DNA of 64,000 nt, taken from sequence record NC_041972.1, one strand, 5' to 3'. The position numbers were made by a program, and so were the translations under genes. Under the pieces are notes generated by a model. The model was given only the letters and a program-made list of their open reading frames with translations. It did not search any database and had not been told where the DNA came from. Below, in pieces: positions 37,781 to 46,630 of the stretch. The first letter of the stretch is position 1; each line of letters opens with the position of its first letter.

Positions 37781-38335
37781 GTGTCTATCTATCGCATTGA
37801 AATCCACCCGAACGCCACCAGTGGTCTTACGGTACTTGTCAGCACGGCTGAAGGTATACGGCGGTTGGCATTAGTGGAAGGGTGTTCGGAACAGGGAGCG
37901 TTTGTAGTTATACGGGATAAGGTTATACGGTTCTATCATTGGGATGTACGACGGGAAGAAGACCGGGCGTTGTTCAATGCAGACGGTTTGGCACGGAACA
38001 CACTGGTTGGGATCGAAGCCTTGTTGTGCAAGAACAAAGATTGGGGGTTTGGTGGGACACGCTTCCTGGCGTTTATGACAGGGTGCTTAAAACACCGCTG
38101 GAACGAGTACAGCAACACGCGGGGGTTTATCCGAGCAGAACATCATCATTTGGTGCACACGCGCGTAGATCGCCGTGAGGAGCGTGTATTCGTGACATTA
38201 GGGGACTGGGCGCAACACGCACCGTGGAACTTGCGCCTGGACCGTAAAACCCCCTATTCAACGAAATTCAGAGAGGTGGTTGAACGCCTCGTCCGTCAGG
38301 AGTTCGACTTACCGACGGTCTTTGACATTAATTAA
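37781..38335 (+). CDS. Hypothetical protein
   Basis: GTG start, GAGGAG RBS. Confidence 0.65.
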   Translation: MSIYRIEIHPNATSGLTVLVSTAEGIRRLALVEGCSEQGAFVVIRDKVIRFYHWDVRREEDRALFNADGLARNTLVGIEALLCKNKDWGFGGTRFLAFMTGCLKHRWNEYSNTRGFIRAEHHHLVHTRVDRREERVFVTLGDWAQHAPWNLRLDRKTPYSTKFREVVERLVRQEFDLPTVFDIN

Positions 38336-38349
38336 CCTAAGGTGCTTTC

Positions 38350-38847
38350 ATGGACATTCAACAGTACCAACCCTCTGCACAGATCCTGCATCTCGCTAAT
38401 CTGTTCTGCGACTACTTCAACCAATCGCCGAATTATTATAACTTGGATTTGGGTAACCGGATCTTTGTCGAGACCAGCATCTATCCCATTACCGGGGTCG
38501 TTGATATAACACCACAGCGGATCGAACGTCTGCAAGCGTCACACATGACAGGTCAGCTGGCCACTGTGGTCGATGAGCTGTTAAAACTATTTCCTAACAT
38601 GCGCTATGTATCAGATGAGTGTGATGGGCTGTTATCCTTGCTGTGTAACGGACGGGCAATTGAGATGACAACCGCCAAGGGTCTCTGTCGGGGTATTGTC
38701 ACATTACGGGGTGTGGTCTGGTTAGATCGCTTTGATCACGACTACCTCAATCCTGATGCGGCGCATTATGAAGAGATGGCCCGGCTGATCAATGTCCACC
38801 TGGCGCTGATTAAATTCCAAGGCACCATCCTAAAAAGATTTCTTTAA
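38350..38847 (+). CDS. Hypothetical protein
   Basis: 165 aa, AAGG RBS. Confidence 0.65.
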   Translation: MDIQQYQPSAQILHLANLFCDYFNQSPNYYNLDLGNRIFVETSIYPITGVVDITPQRIERLQASHMTGQLATVVDELLKLFPNMRYVSDECDGLLSLLCNGRAIEMTTAKGLCRGIVTLRGVVWLDRFDHDYLNPDAAHYEEMARLINVHLALIKFQGTILKRFL

Positions 38848-38873
38848 CACAAGTATACGTAGCGAGGTCATGA

Positions 38874-39458
38874 ATGAACTACATCTACCGGGCAAACGGC
38901 CATTTATTTGTGTTGCTCTACCACATCCCAGTTCTTGATGTCGATCCAAATAAAATGACCCATTGGGAACGGGTATTGCATTACCGTCCCTTAACGATTG
39001 CCCTCGGGGCTGAAGAAACAGCGGCGGTCGCATTCATGCCCGTTCATCTCGAACTGAGCGGCTGGTCAATGACAACCGATGAAGGTGATTTCTACGACGG
39101 CATCTATGTGATCTGGGAGGGTAAACTCTATCTAACACAGAACGATGAAATGTGTTTGATAGAAGAAATCCCTACCCTGTTTCACAACCTGATGCCAAGT
39201 GCTTATCATCAGCAGATGGTGCGCTACACCCAGCCGTTTGAGTTCATCAACGGACTCGACCATCGTAAGTTACGCTCGCTAAAAGCGACAGCCGAAACCG
39301 CCAACAGTTTCCTGCGTATGATGGATCGGTTTGAACAAGCGGTTGAGTGCCATTACATCAATGAACGCACCAACCTCATGGCGTCCACCGAGATGCCCTT
39401 GAGCTTTATTCCGCGCCAACGCGGCGCTGCTATTAACGAACCTATTGTCTTACATTAA
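38874..39458 (+). CDS. Hypothetical protein
   Basis: 194 aa, GAGG RBS. Confidence 0.65.
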   Translation: MNYIYRANGHLFVLLYHIPVLDVDPNKMTHWERVLHYRPLTIALGAEETAAVAFMPVHLELSGWSMTTDEGDFYDGIYVIWEGKLYLTQNDEMCLIEEIPTLFHNLMPSAYHQQMVRYTQPFEFINGLDHRKLRSLKATAETANSFLRMMDRFEQAVECHYINERTNLMASTEMPLSFIPRQRGAAINEPIVLH

Positions 39459-39469
39459 CGGAGCCAGTC

Positions 39470-39922
39470 ATGTCAGAACAAAAACCCCTTATCCCCTTTC
39501 TCCACTTCCAGATCGATGCATTCCGTAATTACCTGGTCGCTAATGATCTGACCCCGTACGCCGTCTTTACCTTACCTAAAGGTCTGGACCCGGTACTGGA
39601 TCGCTACGCCGACCCTGCCAGCGGTCAACTGATCCTTAACCTCAGCCCTAACTCCTGTGGTCACTACGAGATCACCGATGATGGTTATATGGTTCTGCAT
39701 CAGCGTTTCTCGGGTAAAGCCCACGAAGCGTTCCTGCCGGTCCAACACCTGCTGGCCATGTATGCGCGTGAACGTCAAGACCAGGCCATGGTCTTTGCCG
39801 ACATCGAGCACACCTGCGATGATGATGTGAAATTTGTTGAAGATGAGACTGTGCCGGAAGTGGATGACACTAACGTAACAGCCCTGCCCTTCAAGAAACC
39901 CACATTAACGGTAGTCAAGTAA
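39470..39922 (+). CDS. sspB: ClpXP adaptor SspB homolog
   Basis: LTPY, GQLILNLSP, QRFSG, LAMYARE core motifs, acidic linker and C-terminal KPTLTVVK equivalent to the ClpX-binding RPALRVVK tail. Confidence 0.9.
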   Translation: MSEQKPLIPFLHFQIDAFRNYLVANDLTPYAVFTLPKGLDPVLDRYADPASGQLILNLSPNSCGHYEITDDGYMVLHQRFSGKAHEAFLPVQHLLAMYARERQDQAMVFADIEHTCDDDVKFVEDETVPEVDDTNVTALPFKKPTLTVVK

Positions 39923-40040
39923 ATTCTATGACTGCGGTTGCGTTCGGTGAGCTTGCCTTTGTACGGTATTGAAGTTCAGCAGTCGGGTGGCATTTGCCAC
40001 CCTTCTATACACAGCTTCTTTATTTTTTGTCGAAAAATAA

Positions 40041-40057
40041 TCAGACCTACATTACGT
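40041..40057 (+). promoter_or_regulatory. Candidate phage early promoter TCAGACCTACATTACGT
   Basis: 15/17 identical to 58004-58020; contains TACATTAC. Confidence 0.6.
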
Positions 40058-40108
40058 ATAGGCTACAGCTAGTCTGTTGTAATTCGCATCACTAAGGCTA
40101 GGTTTACT

Positions 40109-40405
40109 ATGTCACTCATTTGCGTTGATCATCTTGTGGCGGCTTGCGCTACATTTGTTCTGCTGTTGGTGCTGGAGCGCATCATTCACAGAGACGAACC
40201 CGACCACACCCTGATTGAACTGCTCCTTACCGCCTTCGGCATTTCAATCAGCATTCCCATCACTGTCGGTATGATTATGCTGACTTACGTGATTCTATTG
40301 ATCCGTAAGCAACCCAACGCCTTAACCAGGGCGAGCTATTTCCCGGTGGAGATCCTGCGTCTTATTACCCGCAATCGCTTCAGGCGAAAACCCTCTATTC
40401 TCTAA
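40109..40405 (+). CDS. Small two-TM membrane protein
   Basis: Two hydrophobic segments, basic C-terminus. Confidence 0.55.
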   Translation: MSLICVDHLVAACATFVLLLVLERIIHRDEPDHTLIELLLTAFGISISIPITVGMIMLTYVILLIRKQPNALTRASYFPVEILRLITRNRFRRKPSIL

Positions 40406-40414
40406 CTTACTTCT

Positions 40415-40446
40415 GGGGTGAGTGAAAACTCACCCTTTATGCCGGC
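40415..40446 (+). terminator. Hairpin + TTTATGCCGG element
   Basis: GGGGTGAGT-GAAA-ACTCACCC then TTTATGCCGG. Confidence 0.75.
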
Positions 40447-40506
40447 GTGTTTAAAACAACTAAACTGCGCCATTATTTAGACACCGTTAATTAAAGGAAT
40501 ACTGTT

Positions 40507-41058
40507 ATGTCTGTTGTCGACAAATTCAAGAACTGGAAAGCGAACAAGCGTATCGCGTTGCTCGAAGAACTGCTCGAGGTTCACTACTCAATCGGCGATG
40601 TGGTGAGTTACCCAGATCCACCGGCGTTCGAAGTCTGCTGGCATGACACACCGGACTCGATCCACCGGGCACGCTGGACAGGTGTGGCTGAAACCACCGG
40701 CATGACGTATGACGATTTCTTCAAAGCCACTCGCGTAGGTCAGCTGCACGATACCTCAAACGTTGAAATCACCGGTGAACAAGAAGTTGCGGATATGCAA
40801 ACCCAGGGTTGCTATGCCTTCTGTAACTGGCTGACGAATGAGATCCACATCTGGCTGGGTGATCTGCCGTATGATGACCCACGCACGGAAGAAATCCTGC
40901 ACACCATGATCGCCAGTGAGATCGCGCACCTCACCCCCAACCGTCATCGTAATGAACAGCTGGAAATGTACCGGGCGATGCAGTATGCCGTGGTAGCGCG
41001 TTCTGCCAAAGCGGTATTGGTTGATGCACTGGGTCTGCTGAAAGGAAAACAGGTATGA
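40507..41058 (+). CDS. Hypothetical protein with degenerate zincin-like SExxH motif
   Basis: GCYAF...EIHIW...MIASEIAHL; AAAGGA RBS. Confidence 0.65.
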   Translation: MSVVDKFKNWKANKRIALLEELLEVHYSIGDVVSYPDPPAFEVCWHDTPDSIHRARWTGVAETTGMTYDDFFKATRVGQLHDTSNVEITGEQEVADMQTQGCYAFCNWLTNEIHIWLGDLPYDDPRTEEILHTMIASEIAHLTPNRHRNEQLEMYRAMQYAVVARSAKAVLVDALGLLKGKQV

Positions 41059-41372
41059 AGAAGGAACTCTTCACGGTTGTTACCATTGCGGGTGAAGTTA
41101 AAACCCCGATCACGGTGTTTGTTCCGGAGCACGACTACGACATCAATCAACGGGTAGATCTGGTGGCTGCGTGTTATGACCGTCGCCACAAACAAACACC
41201 CATCAGCAAAGAACACAAAGCATTGGTTACTGACTTACTGGCGCAGATGCGCGAGAAGCTTAACACCGCGATTACACTCGGGGAAGATGTTGTGCTGGTC
41301 TCAGGCGATGTCTCATTGAAGTACCGGGTTTACCTCAGTACTTTTAAAGGAACGACCTATGTTGAGACATGA
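41055..41372 (+). CDS. Hypothetical protein, tandem paralog A
   Basis: ATGA overlap with upstream stop; similar to 41359. Confidence 0.65.
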   Translation: MKKELFTVVTIAGEVKTPITVFVPEHDYDINQRVDLVAACYDRRHKQTPISKEHKALVTDLLAQMREKLNTAITLGEDVVLVSGDVSLKYRVYLSTFKGTTYVET

Positions 41373-41673
41373 GTTGATTACTTCAGTAGCAGTCAACGGC
41401 AAGGAGTATTCGCCGATTGTCTGTCCACTGGCTAAAGGACCGGATTACAGCCGGGCGTTTGGTGCGTTGCATAAAGCGTATCGGGATGCTGCGACTTACG
41501 GCAGTCAGATCATCACGGAGCCGTATGTCAAAACCATTTGCGGGTTGATCGATCAAATCCAAACTGATCTGGCATCTGGTGTAGAGTTCACCGAGACCCG
41601 TAAAGTCAGCGACGGTGATGTGGCAATCAGCTATCAGATCACTGTTCGTACGCTCCCGCGCCACGGCAGTTAA
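41359..41673 (+). CDS. Hypothetical protein, tandem paralog B
   Basis: AAGGA RBS; similar to 41055. Confidence 0.65.
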   Translation: MLRHELITSVAVNGKEYSPIVCPLAKGPDYSRAFGALHKAYRDAATYGSQIITEPYVKTICGLIDQIQTDLASGVEFTETRKVSDGDVAISYQITVRTLPRHGS

Positions 41674-41680
41674 TGACCTC

Positions 41681-41712
41681 ACCCAATCAGTGCAGCCGCT
41701 GGTTGGGTTTTC
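41681..41712 (+). terminator. Rho-independent-type terminator
   Basis: ACCCAATCAG...CTGGTTGGGT followed by TTTT. Confidence 0.55.
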
Positions 41713-41739
41713 TTACGCTTCATTATAAAGGAAGACATC

Positions 41740-42369
41740 ATGGGTTGGTTTAATAAACAGAAAGCTACACCGGTAGCTGAAGACACTCCCACGACAGACA
41801 AGCAAGACAGTGCCGACTACCCGTGGGGTGCAACGTATCGCCAACGGCTAATGACACATGCTCGTTCACTATTGACCGTTGATGAACAACAACCCCTGCG
41901 TTCTGGCGAAGCCGGTAAGTTGATCGTTTTTAACGGCGTGGGTTTCTTGATCCAGGGTGAATCGGCCAACATTCCTGATTTGGCTTACATGCACTATCTG
42001 GAAGAAATGTGGAACTGGTTGTTGCGCTGTAATGGAATCGAGCAAAAGCACGGTGGTGTCGTGCCTCGGGCTGAGGTGATTCGCCGTTACGATATCGGCG
42101 GGGTAGCTGAAGGGTGTGGCTATACCGTTGGGTCGCTGGAACCAATCGTACCGGCCTATACTGCCAGTAGCCTGCGTCACCGTAATGCTGCAGACGGTCT
42201 GCATTTACTCAAAACCCTGCAGGACGTGATTCCGGTCACGGACATGCTGATGATTAGTGAACATGAGAAAGAGCTGATCCGCAATATAGAGAACTTGGGG
42301 ATGAAATTGGTTTCAACTCCACTCAGTCACGCCGGTCAGATATTTAGCCGAATCCGCTTTAAGGACTGA
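41740..42369 (+). CDS. Hypothetical protein
   Basis: 209 aa, AAGGA RBS. Confidence 0.7.
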   Translation: MGWFNKQKATPVAEDTPTTDKQDSADYPWGATYRQRLMTHARSLLTVDEQQPLRSGEAGKLIVFNGVGFLIQGESANIPDLAYMHYLEEMWNWLLRCNGIEQKHGGVVPRAEVIRRYDIGGVAEGCGYTVGSLEPIVPAYTASSLRHRNAADGLHLLKTLQDVIPVTDMLMISEHEKELIRNIENLGMKLVSTPLSHAGQIFSRIRFKD

Positions 42370-42374
42370 CACCG

Positions 42375-43484
42375 ATGATCTATCTGGTCTGGATTCTGAT
42401 TCCATCCTTGCTACTGGTGCTGTTGTCCAAAGCCGTGTTCCCGCATCACATCACCTTTAAAGAGTGGTCGCTGCAGGGCGTGGCAGTTGTAGTGGGGACG
42501 GCGTTGTCTGTCTTGATACTCTATATCACTACAACGGGGATGAGTATCGATCATGAAGTCTGGAATGGCTCTGTGATCTCCAAAGCGCCGGTGCACGTCT
42601 CCTGTACACACGAACACCAATGTGGCGAGACGTGTTCTACCGACAGTAAAGGTAAGAAACACTGTACGCCGATCTATTGTCCGGACCATGCCTTTGATGT
42701 TGATTGGGATGTCAAGACAACAGTCGGAACGTTTACCATTGATCGCGTGGCGTTTGACCGTCAGGGATTACGGGAACCTAAGCGCTTTACGGCGGTACAG
42801 ATTGGCGAACCGGCAGCAGCAGAGAAGTACACCCGCAATTACCTGTTGCTCGACAGTGACCGCTTTAAAGCCTCAGAAGGGGTGATGGAGAAGTATAAAG
42901 GACGGATACCGGATTATCCCTCCACTTATGACTATTACCGTTTTAACCGGGTAGTCAACACCACCAAGGATGATTTCAATTACATCAACGATTACCTGAA
43001 TAAGGAACTGATTACACTCGGCGCACAAAAACAACTCAACATTGTCGTGGTAATAACCGACAAGAGTAAAGACTTCTATGAAGCCCTCCGTGAATCCTGG
43101 GACGGTGCCCGTAAAAACGATGTGATACTCGTCTACGGCATTGACAAGGAACATCATGTGAACTGGTTTAAAGCCGATGCGTTTGCAGACGGGCAGTCAA
43201 ATATGTCGATGATCAAAACACTGAACTCGACCGCCCTTGACCGCACCCTTGATGCTGACCTTGTGCATGAACAACTTCACGTGATCCAGGAGCGTTTTAC
43301 TAGACTGCCTAATAAAACCTTCGAATACCTTAATGAAGATTTCACCCCACCGATGTGGGCGATCATCATGACGGTACTCATTAACCTGCTACTCAATATT
43401 GGCGTGACCTGGTTCATGGTAAAAAATGAAATGGGCGAATACGCATTCATGAATGATAAAGGAAGAAGAAATGCAAGATGGTAA
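42375..43484 (+). CDS. Membrane protein with Cys-rich periplasmic segment and TPM-like domain
   Basis: Two N-terminal TMs, C-x-H-x-H-x-C..C..HC..IYC motif, LNIVVVIT/ESWDGARKNDVILVYGID alpha-beta domain, one C-terminal TM. Confidence 0.55.
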   Translation: MIYLVWILIPSLLLVLLSKAVFPHHITFKEWSLQGVAVVVGTALSVLILYITTTGMSIDHEVWNGSVISKAPVHVSCTHEHQCGETCSTDSKGKKHCTPIYCPDHAFDVDWDVKTTVGTFTIDRVAFDRQGLREPKRFTAVQIGEPAAAEKYTRNYLLLDSDRFKASEGVMEKYKGRIPDYPSTYDYYRFNRVVNTTKDDFNYINDYLNKELITLGAQKQLNIVVVITDKSKDFYEALRESWDGARKNDVILVYGIDKEHHVNWFKADAFADGQSNMSMIKTLNSTALDRTLDADLVHEQLHVIQERFTRLPNKTFEYLNEDFTPPMWAIIMTVLINLLLNIGVTWFMVKNEMGEYAFMNDKGRRNARW

Positions 43485-44061
43485 GAAAGGCCTATCTACT
43501 GGTGCTCTTGTGGGTATCGTCGCTGTTGGTTTCCTGGTATTGGTCCTGGCCATAGCCGGTTCGATCTTTATGGGTTATGTCTCGGCATCGAATGAAGGGG
43601 TGCGATCTGAAAGCCGCATTGAGCAGCTGAACAAAGACTCCGAGAACGTGCTGAGCACCTCAACGATCAAGATCAAGAACATGGCTCAGATTCCGGGCAT
43701 GTATGTGAAAGATCTTAAAGAGGTGATCAGGGCGACCTTTGAAGGGCGTTATGGTAAAGACGGGTCGAAAGCCGTAGTGCAGTTTATTCAGGAACAAAAC
43801 CAGCAGGTCGATTCCAAACTGTACCTGAACATTCAAAATGAGATGGCGGCTGGTCAGGATGAGTTTCGTATTGCGCAGAGCAACAAGCTTGCAGCATGTC
43901 GTAATTATGAAAACAGCCTGGGTTATTTCTGGAAAGGCATGTTCTTGAAGTGGGCGGGTTATCCGAAGAAAGACCTGAGCAAACTCTGCCAGGTGGTGTC
44001 GGATGATCAAACGCAAGAAGCGTTTAAGACCGGCAAGCAAAAGACCATCGAGCTGAACTAA
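43471..44061 (+). CDS. LemA-like single-pass membrane protein
   Basis: N-terminal TM then long amphipathic helices ending in Y..SLGYFWKGMFLKWAGYP; overlaps upstream gene. Confidence 0.45.
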   Translation: MQDGKKGLSTGALVGIVAVGFLVLVLAIAGSIFMGYVSASNEGVRSESRIEQLNKDSENVLSTSTIKIKNMAQIPGMYVKDLKEVIRATFEGRYGKDGSKAVVQFIQEQNQQVDSKLYLNIQNEMAAGQDEFRIAQSNKLAACRNYENSLGYFWKGMFLKWAGYPKKDLSKLCQVVSDDQTQEAFKTGKQKTIELN

Positions 44062-44089
44062 CTCACCATCGGACAGGGATGTCCTTTTA

Positions 44090-44446
44090 ATGGAGGTCGT
44101 CATGCCTTTTATTCGATTCAAAGCAAAAGAGATTAAACATACTGCGGAAGCCGTAACAAGCCTTAAGCGGTTCTTTGGTCTGATTGATAAAAACATTGAT
44201 GCCGTTAAGATTGTCCAGGCATTTCAAACGGTCGATACCCGCAACGAACCCCTGCTGGAAAACTCGTTGTTGATTATCACACGGATGCCGGACGGGACAA
44301 AACGTCACACTCATATCTGGAACTCGAAGTTCAAAGAAGAACTCGCTGCATTTAAACCTGAATTGGTTGGTGAAGTCCGATCGTTCAGACTCGATTATCA
44401 GTTGTATATGGACGGCGACGAGGATAACCCCCTTAAGCGGTTCTAA
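44090..44446 (+). CDS. Hypothetical protein
   Basis: 118 aa; ATG 44102 has a GGAGG RBS and may be the real start. Confidence 0.6.
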   Translation: MEVVMPFIRFKAKEIKHTAEAVTSLKRFFGLIDKNIDAVKIVQAFQTVDTRNEPLLENSLLIITRMPDGTKRHTHIWNSKFKEELAAFKPELVGEVRSFRLDYQLYMDGDEDNPLKRF

Positions 44447-44456
44447 GGAATTTAAA

Positions 44457-44979
44457 ATGAAAGGTACGTTGGTTGAGCATCTTGCCAGTCGTGGCTATGA
44501 TGTTGCACGGTATAAAACGCAGTGGTTGACAGACACCCAGTTGACTGTTCCATTGTTCGACTTCGATCACAAACTCAAAGGGTATCAGGTTTATACACCT
44601 GATGCACCTAAGCATGCTACTAACCCAAAAGAAGCACGTTACTTTACACGTGGGCTAGGTAAGCAGTTGGTGTGGGGTCTGGAGTTGGAAATTAGTATTA
44701 ACAACCAACAGATTACCAACCGTATTCTTAACTGAATCGGTTTTCAAGGCCTGTGCACTACATCGCTTAGGATTGAACGCCTGGTCTGTTTTAGGTTCTA
44801 CGGTATCTGACCCACTCTATCACCAGCTTCGCTTATTACCTGTTGACTTAGTTTGTTGCGGGGATGATGACAAAGCAGGGAAAGTATTCTCAGAAACCTT
44901 TGGTCGAGGTTTTGTGTCGCACGATCTGGATGAATTATCCCCGAAAGAATTACTCTACTTAACTGCACCGTTTTTATAA
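44457..44979 (+). pseudogene. Frameshifted Toprim/primase-like gene
   Basis: Frame 1 (44457-44735) gives HLASRG..TVPLF..GYQVY..RYFT..VWGLE; the +1 frame continues TVFLTESVFKACALHRLG..VLG..VCCGDDDKAG to 44979 (Toprim E and DxD motifs). Confidence 0.7.
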
Positions 44980-44990
44980 AGGTAGTTATC

Positions 44991-46229
44991 ATGTCAAACA
45001 TTATTGAATTAGAAGGCAAGCAGGTTCCCATCAAGATGTGGACGAAGTTTGTTCCGGTAGAAGAACGTGCTCAACAGCAATTACTAAACTTGAGTGAGTT
45101 ACCTTTCATCTTCAAACACCTCGCCGTGATGCCTGATGTGCACTGGGGAATGGGTGCGACCATTGGTTCGGTTATTGCGACTAAAGGTGCGATTATTCCT
45201 GCTGCTGTGGGTGTTGATATTGGTTGTGGGATGATTGCCCAACAAACCTCGCTGGTTGCTGCTGACCTACCCGATAACCTCAGTGCTTTGCGCAGTCGTA
45301 TTGAAGCAGGCATCCCGCATGGCCGTACCGATAACGGCGGTGCAAACGATCGCGGTGCTTGGGGTGATGAGTTCGCCATGGGCTTAGACGATGTGCACCG
45401 TGAAGCATTGCTGGTTCTTCAGCAACGTTTAGTGGCTATTGTGGCTAAGCACCCGAAGCTCACCAAAGCAGCCAGTAAGTTCACCAAACATACTGGCACA
45501 CTGGGTAGCGGTAACCACTTCGTTGAAATCTGTTTAGACGAAGAGCAACGCGTTTGGGTAATGTTGCATTCAGGTTCACGTGGCATCGGTAACACCATCG
45601 GTAAATACTTCATCGAGAAAGCCAAAGAAGAGATGAACCGTTTCTTCGTCCATTTAGTTGACCAAGATCTGGCGTATCTCCCAGAAGGCTCTCAGTATTA
45701 CGATGACTACCTGCAAGCGGTGCAATGGGCACAAGACTTTGCAGCGCTCAATCGTGCGGTGATGCTGAGTGCGACACTGAAGGCATTGCACAGTGCCGTG
45801 GCTAAGCCATTCACTGAAAGCACCATTGCGGTTAACTGTCACCACAACTATGTCGCAATGGAAAACCATTTTGATACCAATGTCCTGGTCACCCGTAAAG
45901 GTGCAGTGCGGGCGCGTGTAGGTGATTTGGCGATTATCCCGGGTAGTATGGGTGCAAAGTCGTTTATTGTCGAAGGGCTGGGTAACCAGGAAAGCTTCTG
46001 TTCGTGCTCGCATGGTGCTGGTCGTTTACTGTCGCGCTCAGCAGCGGTGAAACAATTTAGTCTGGAAGACCATATCCGTGATACCGAGGGTGTGGAATGT
46101 CGTAAAGATAAAGACGTCCTTGATGAAACACCGAAGGCGTATAAGTCGATTGAAGACGTGATGCGTTCACAAGACGATTTGGTGAAAATCAAATATACCC
46201 TGAAACAGATCCTTTGTGTAAAAGGTTAA
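44991..46229 (+). CDS. rtcB: RtcB RNA 3'-phosphate/5'-OH ligase
   Basis: VMPDVH, PAAVGVDIGCGM, GTLGSGNHFVE, HSGSRG, CHHNY, IPGSMG, HGAGR, DETPKAYK. Confidence 0.97.
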   Translation: MSNIIELEGKQVPIKMWTKFVPVEERAQQQLLNLSELPFIFKHLAVMPDVHWGMGATIGSVIATKGAIIPAAVGVDIGCGMIAQQTSLVAADLPDNLSALRSRIEAGIPHGRTDNGGANDRGAWGDEFAMGLDDVHREALLVLQQRLVAIVAKHPKLTKAASKFTKHTGTLGSGNHFVEICLDEEQRVWVMLHSGSRGIGNTIGKYFIEKAKEEMNRFFVHLVDQDLAYLPEGSQYYDDYLQAVQWAQDFAALNRAVMLSATLKALHSAVAKPFTESTIAVNCHHNYVAMENHFDTNVLVTRKGAVRARVGDLAIIPGSMGAKSFIVEGLGNQESFCSCSHGAGRLLSRSAAVKQFSLEDHIRDTEGVECRKDKDVLDETPKAYKSIEDVMRSQDDLVKIKYTLKQILCVKG

Positions 46230-46231
46230 TT

Positions 46232-46552
46232 ATGAACAAGAAAAAGCAAGTTACGATCTTCGTGGCGGGTGATGTCAATTCAGCTAAGACCACGGTCATT
46301 GCCATTATTGAAAAGGCGCTGAAAGAAGCGGGTCTGGATGCCAAACTGCTTGCGCATGCAGCGGCGGATGCGGAATATTTCGTTGGCGTAAAAAGCGCGT
46401 TAGAATATATTCCAGAGATCAGCGATAAGGTCGAGGTCTCCATTGAAGAACTCACCCGCCCAGCACCGACCAACGATGATGGCTCGCGCCCTGAGAGTTA
46501 TGTGGCGATCACACATAGCGCCGGCATCAAGATCCTTCCCCGTAACAGCTAG
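46232..46552 (+). CDS. Small protein with degenerate P-loop-like N-terminus
   Basis: VTIFVAGDVNSAKTT; similar to the N-terminus of 36538. Confidence 0.6.
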   Translation: MNKKKQVTIFVAGDVNSAKTTVIAIIEKALKEAGLDAKLLAHAAADAEYFVGVKSALEYIPEISDKVEVSIEELTRPAPTNDDGSRPESYVAITHSAGIKILPRNS

Positions 46553-46557
46553 CTTCT

Positions 46558-46587
46558 AAGAGGACTTCGGTCCTCTTTTATGCCCGG
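46558..46587 (+). terminator. Hairpin + TTATGCCCGG element
   Basis: AAGAGGAC-TTCG-GTCCTCTT-TTATGCCC. Confidence 0.75.
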
Positions 46588-46630
46588 TTTAATTGTATAT
46601 AGACACAGTACACATCAACCGAGGGCCATC

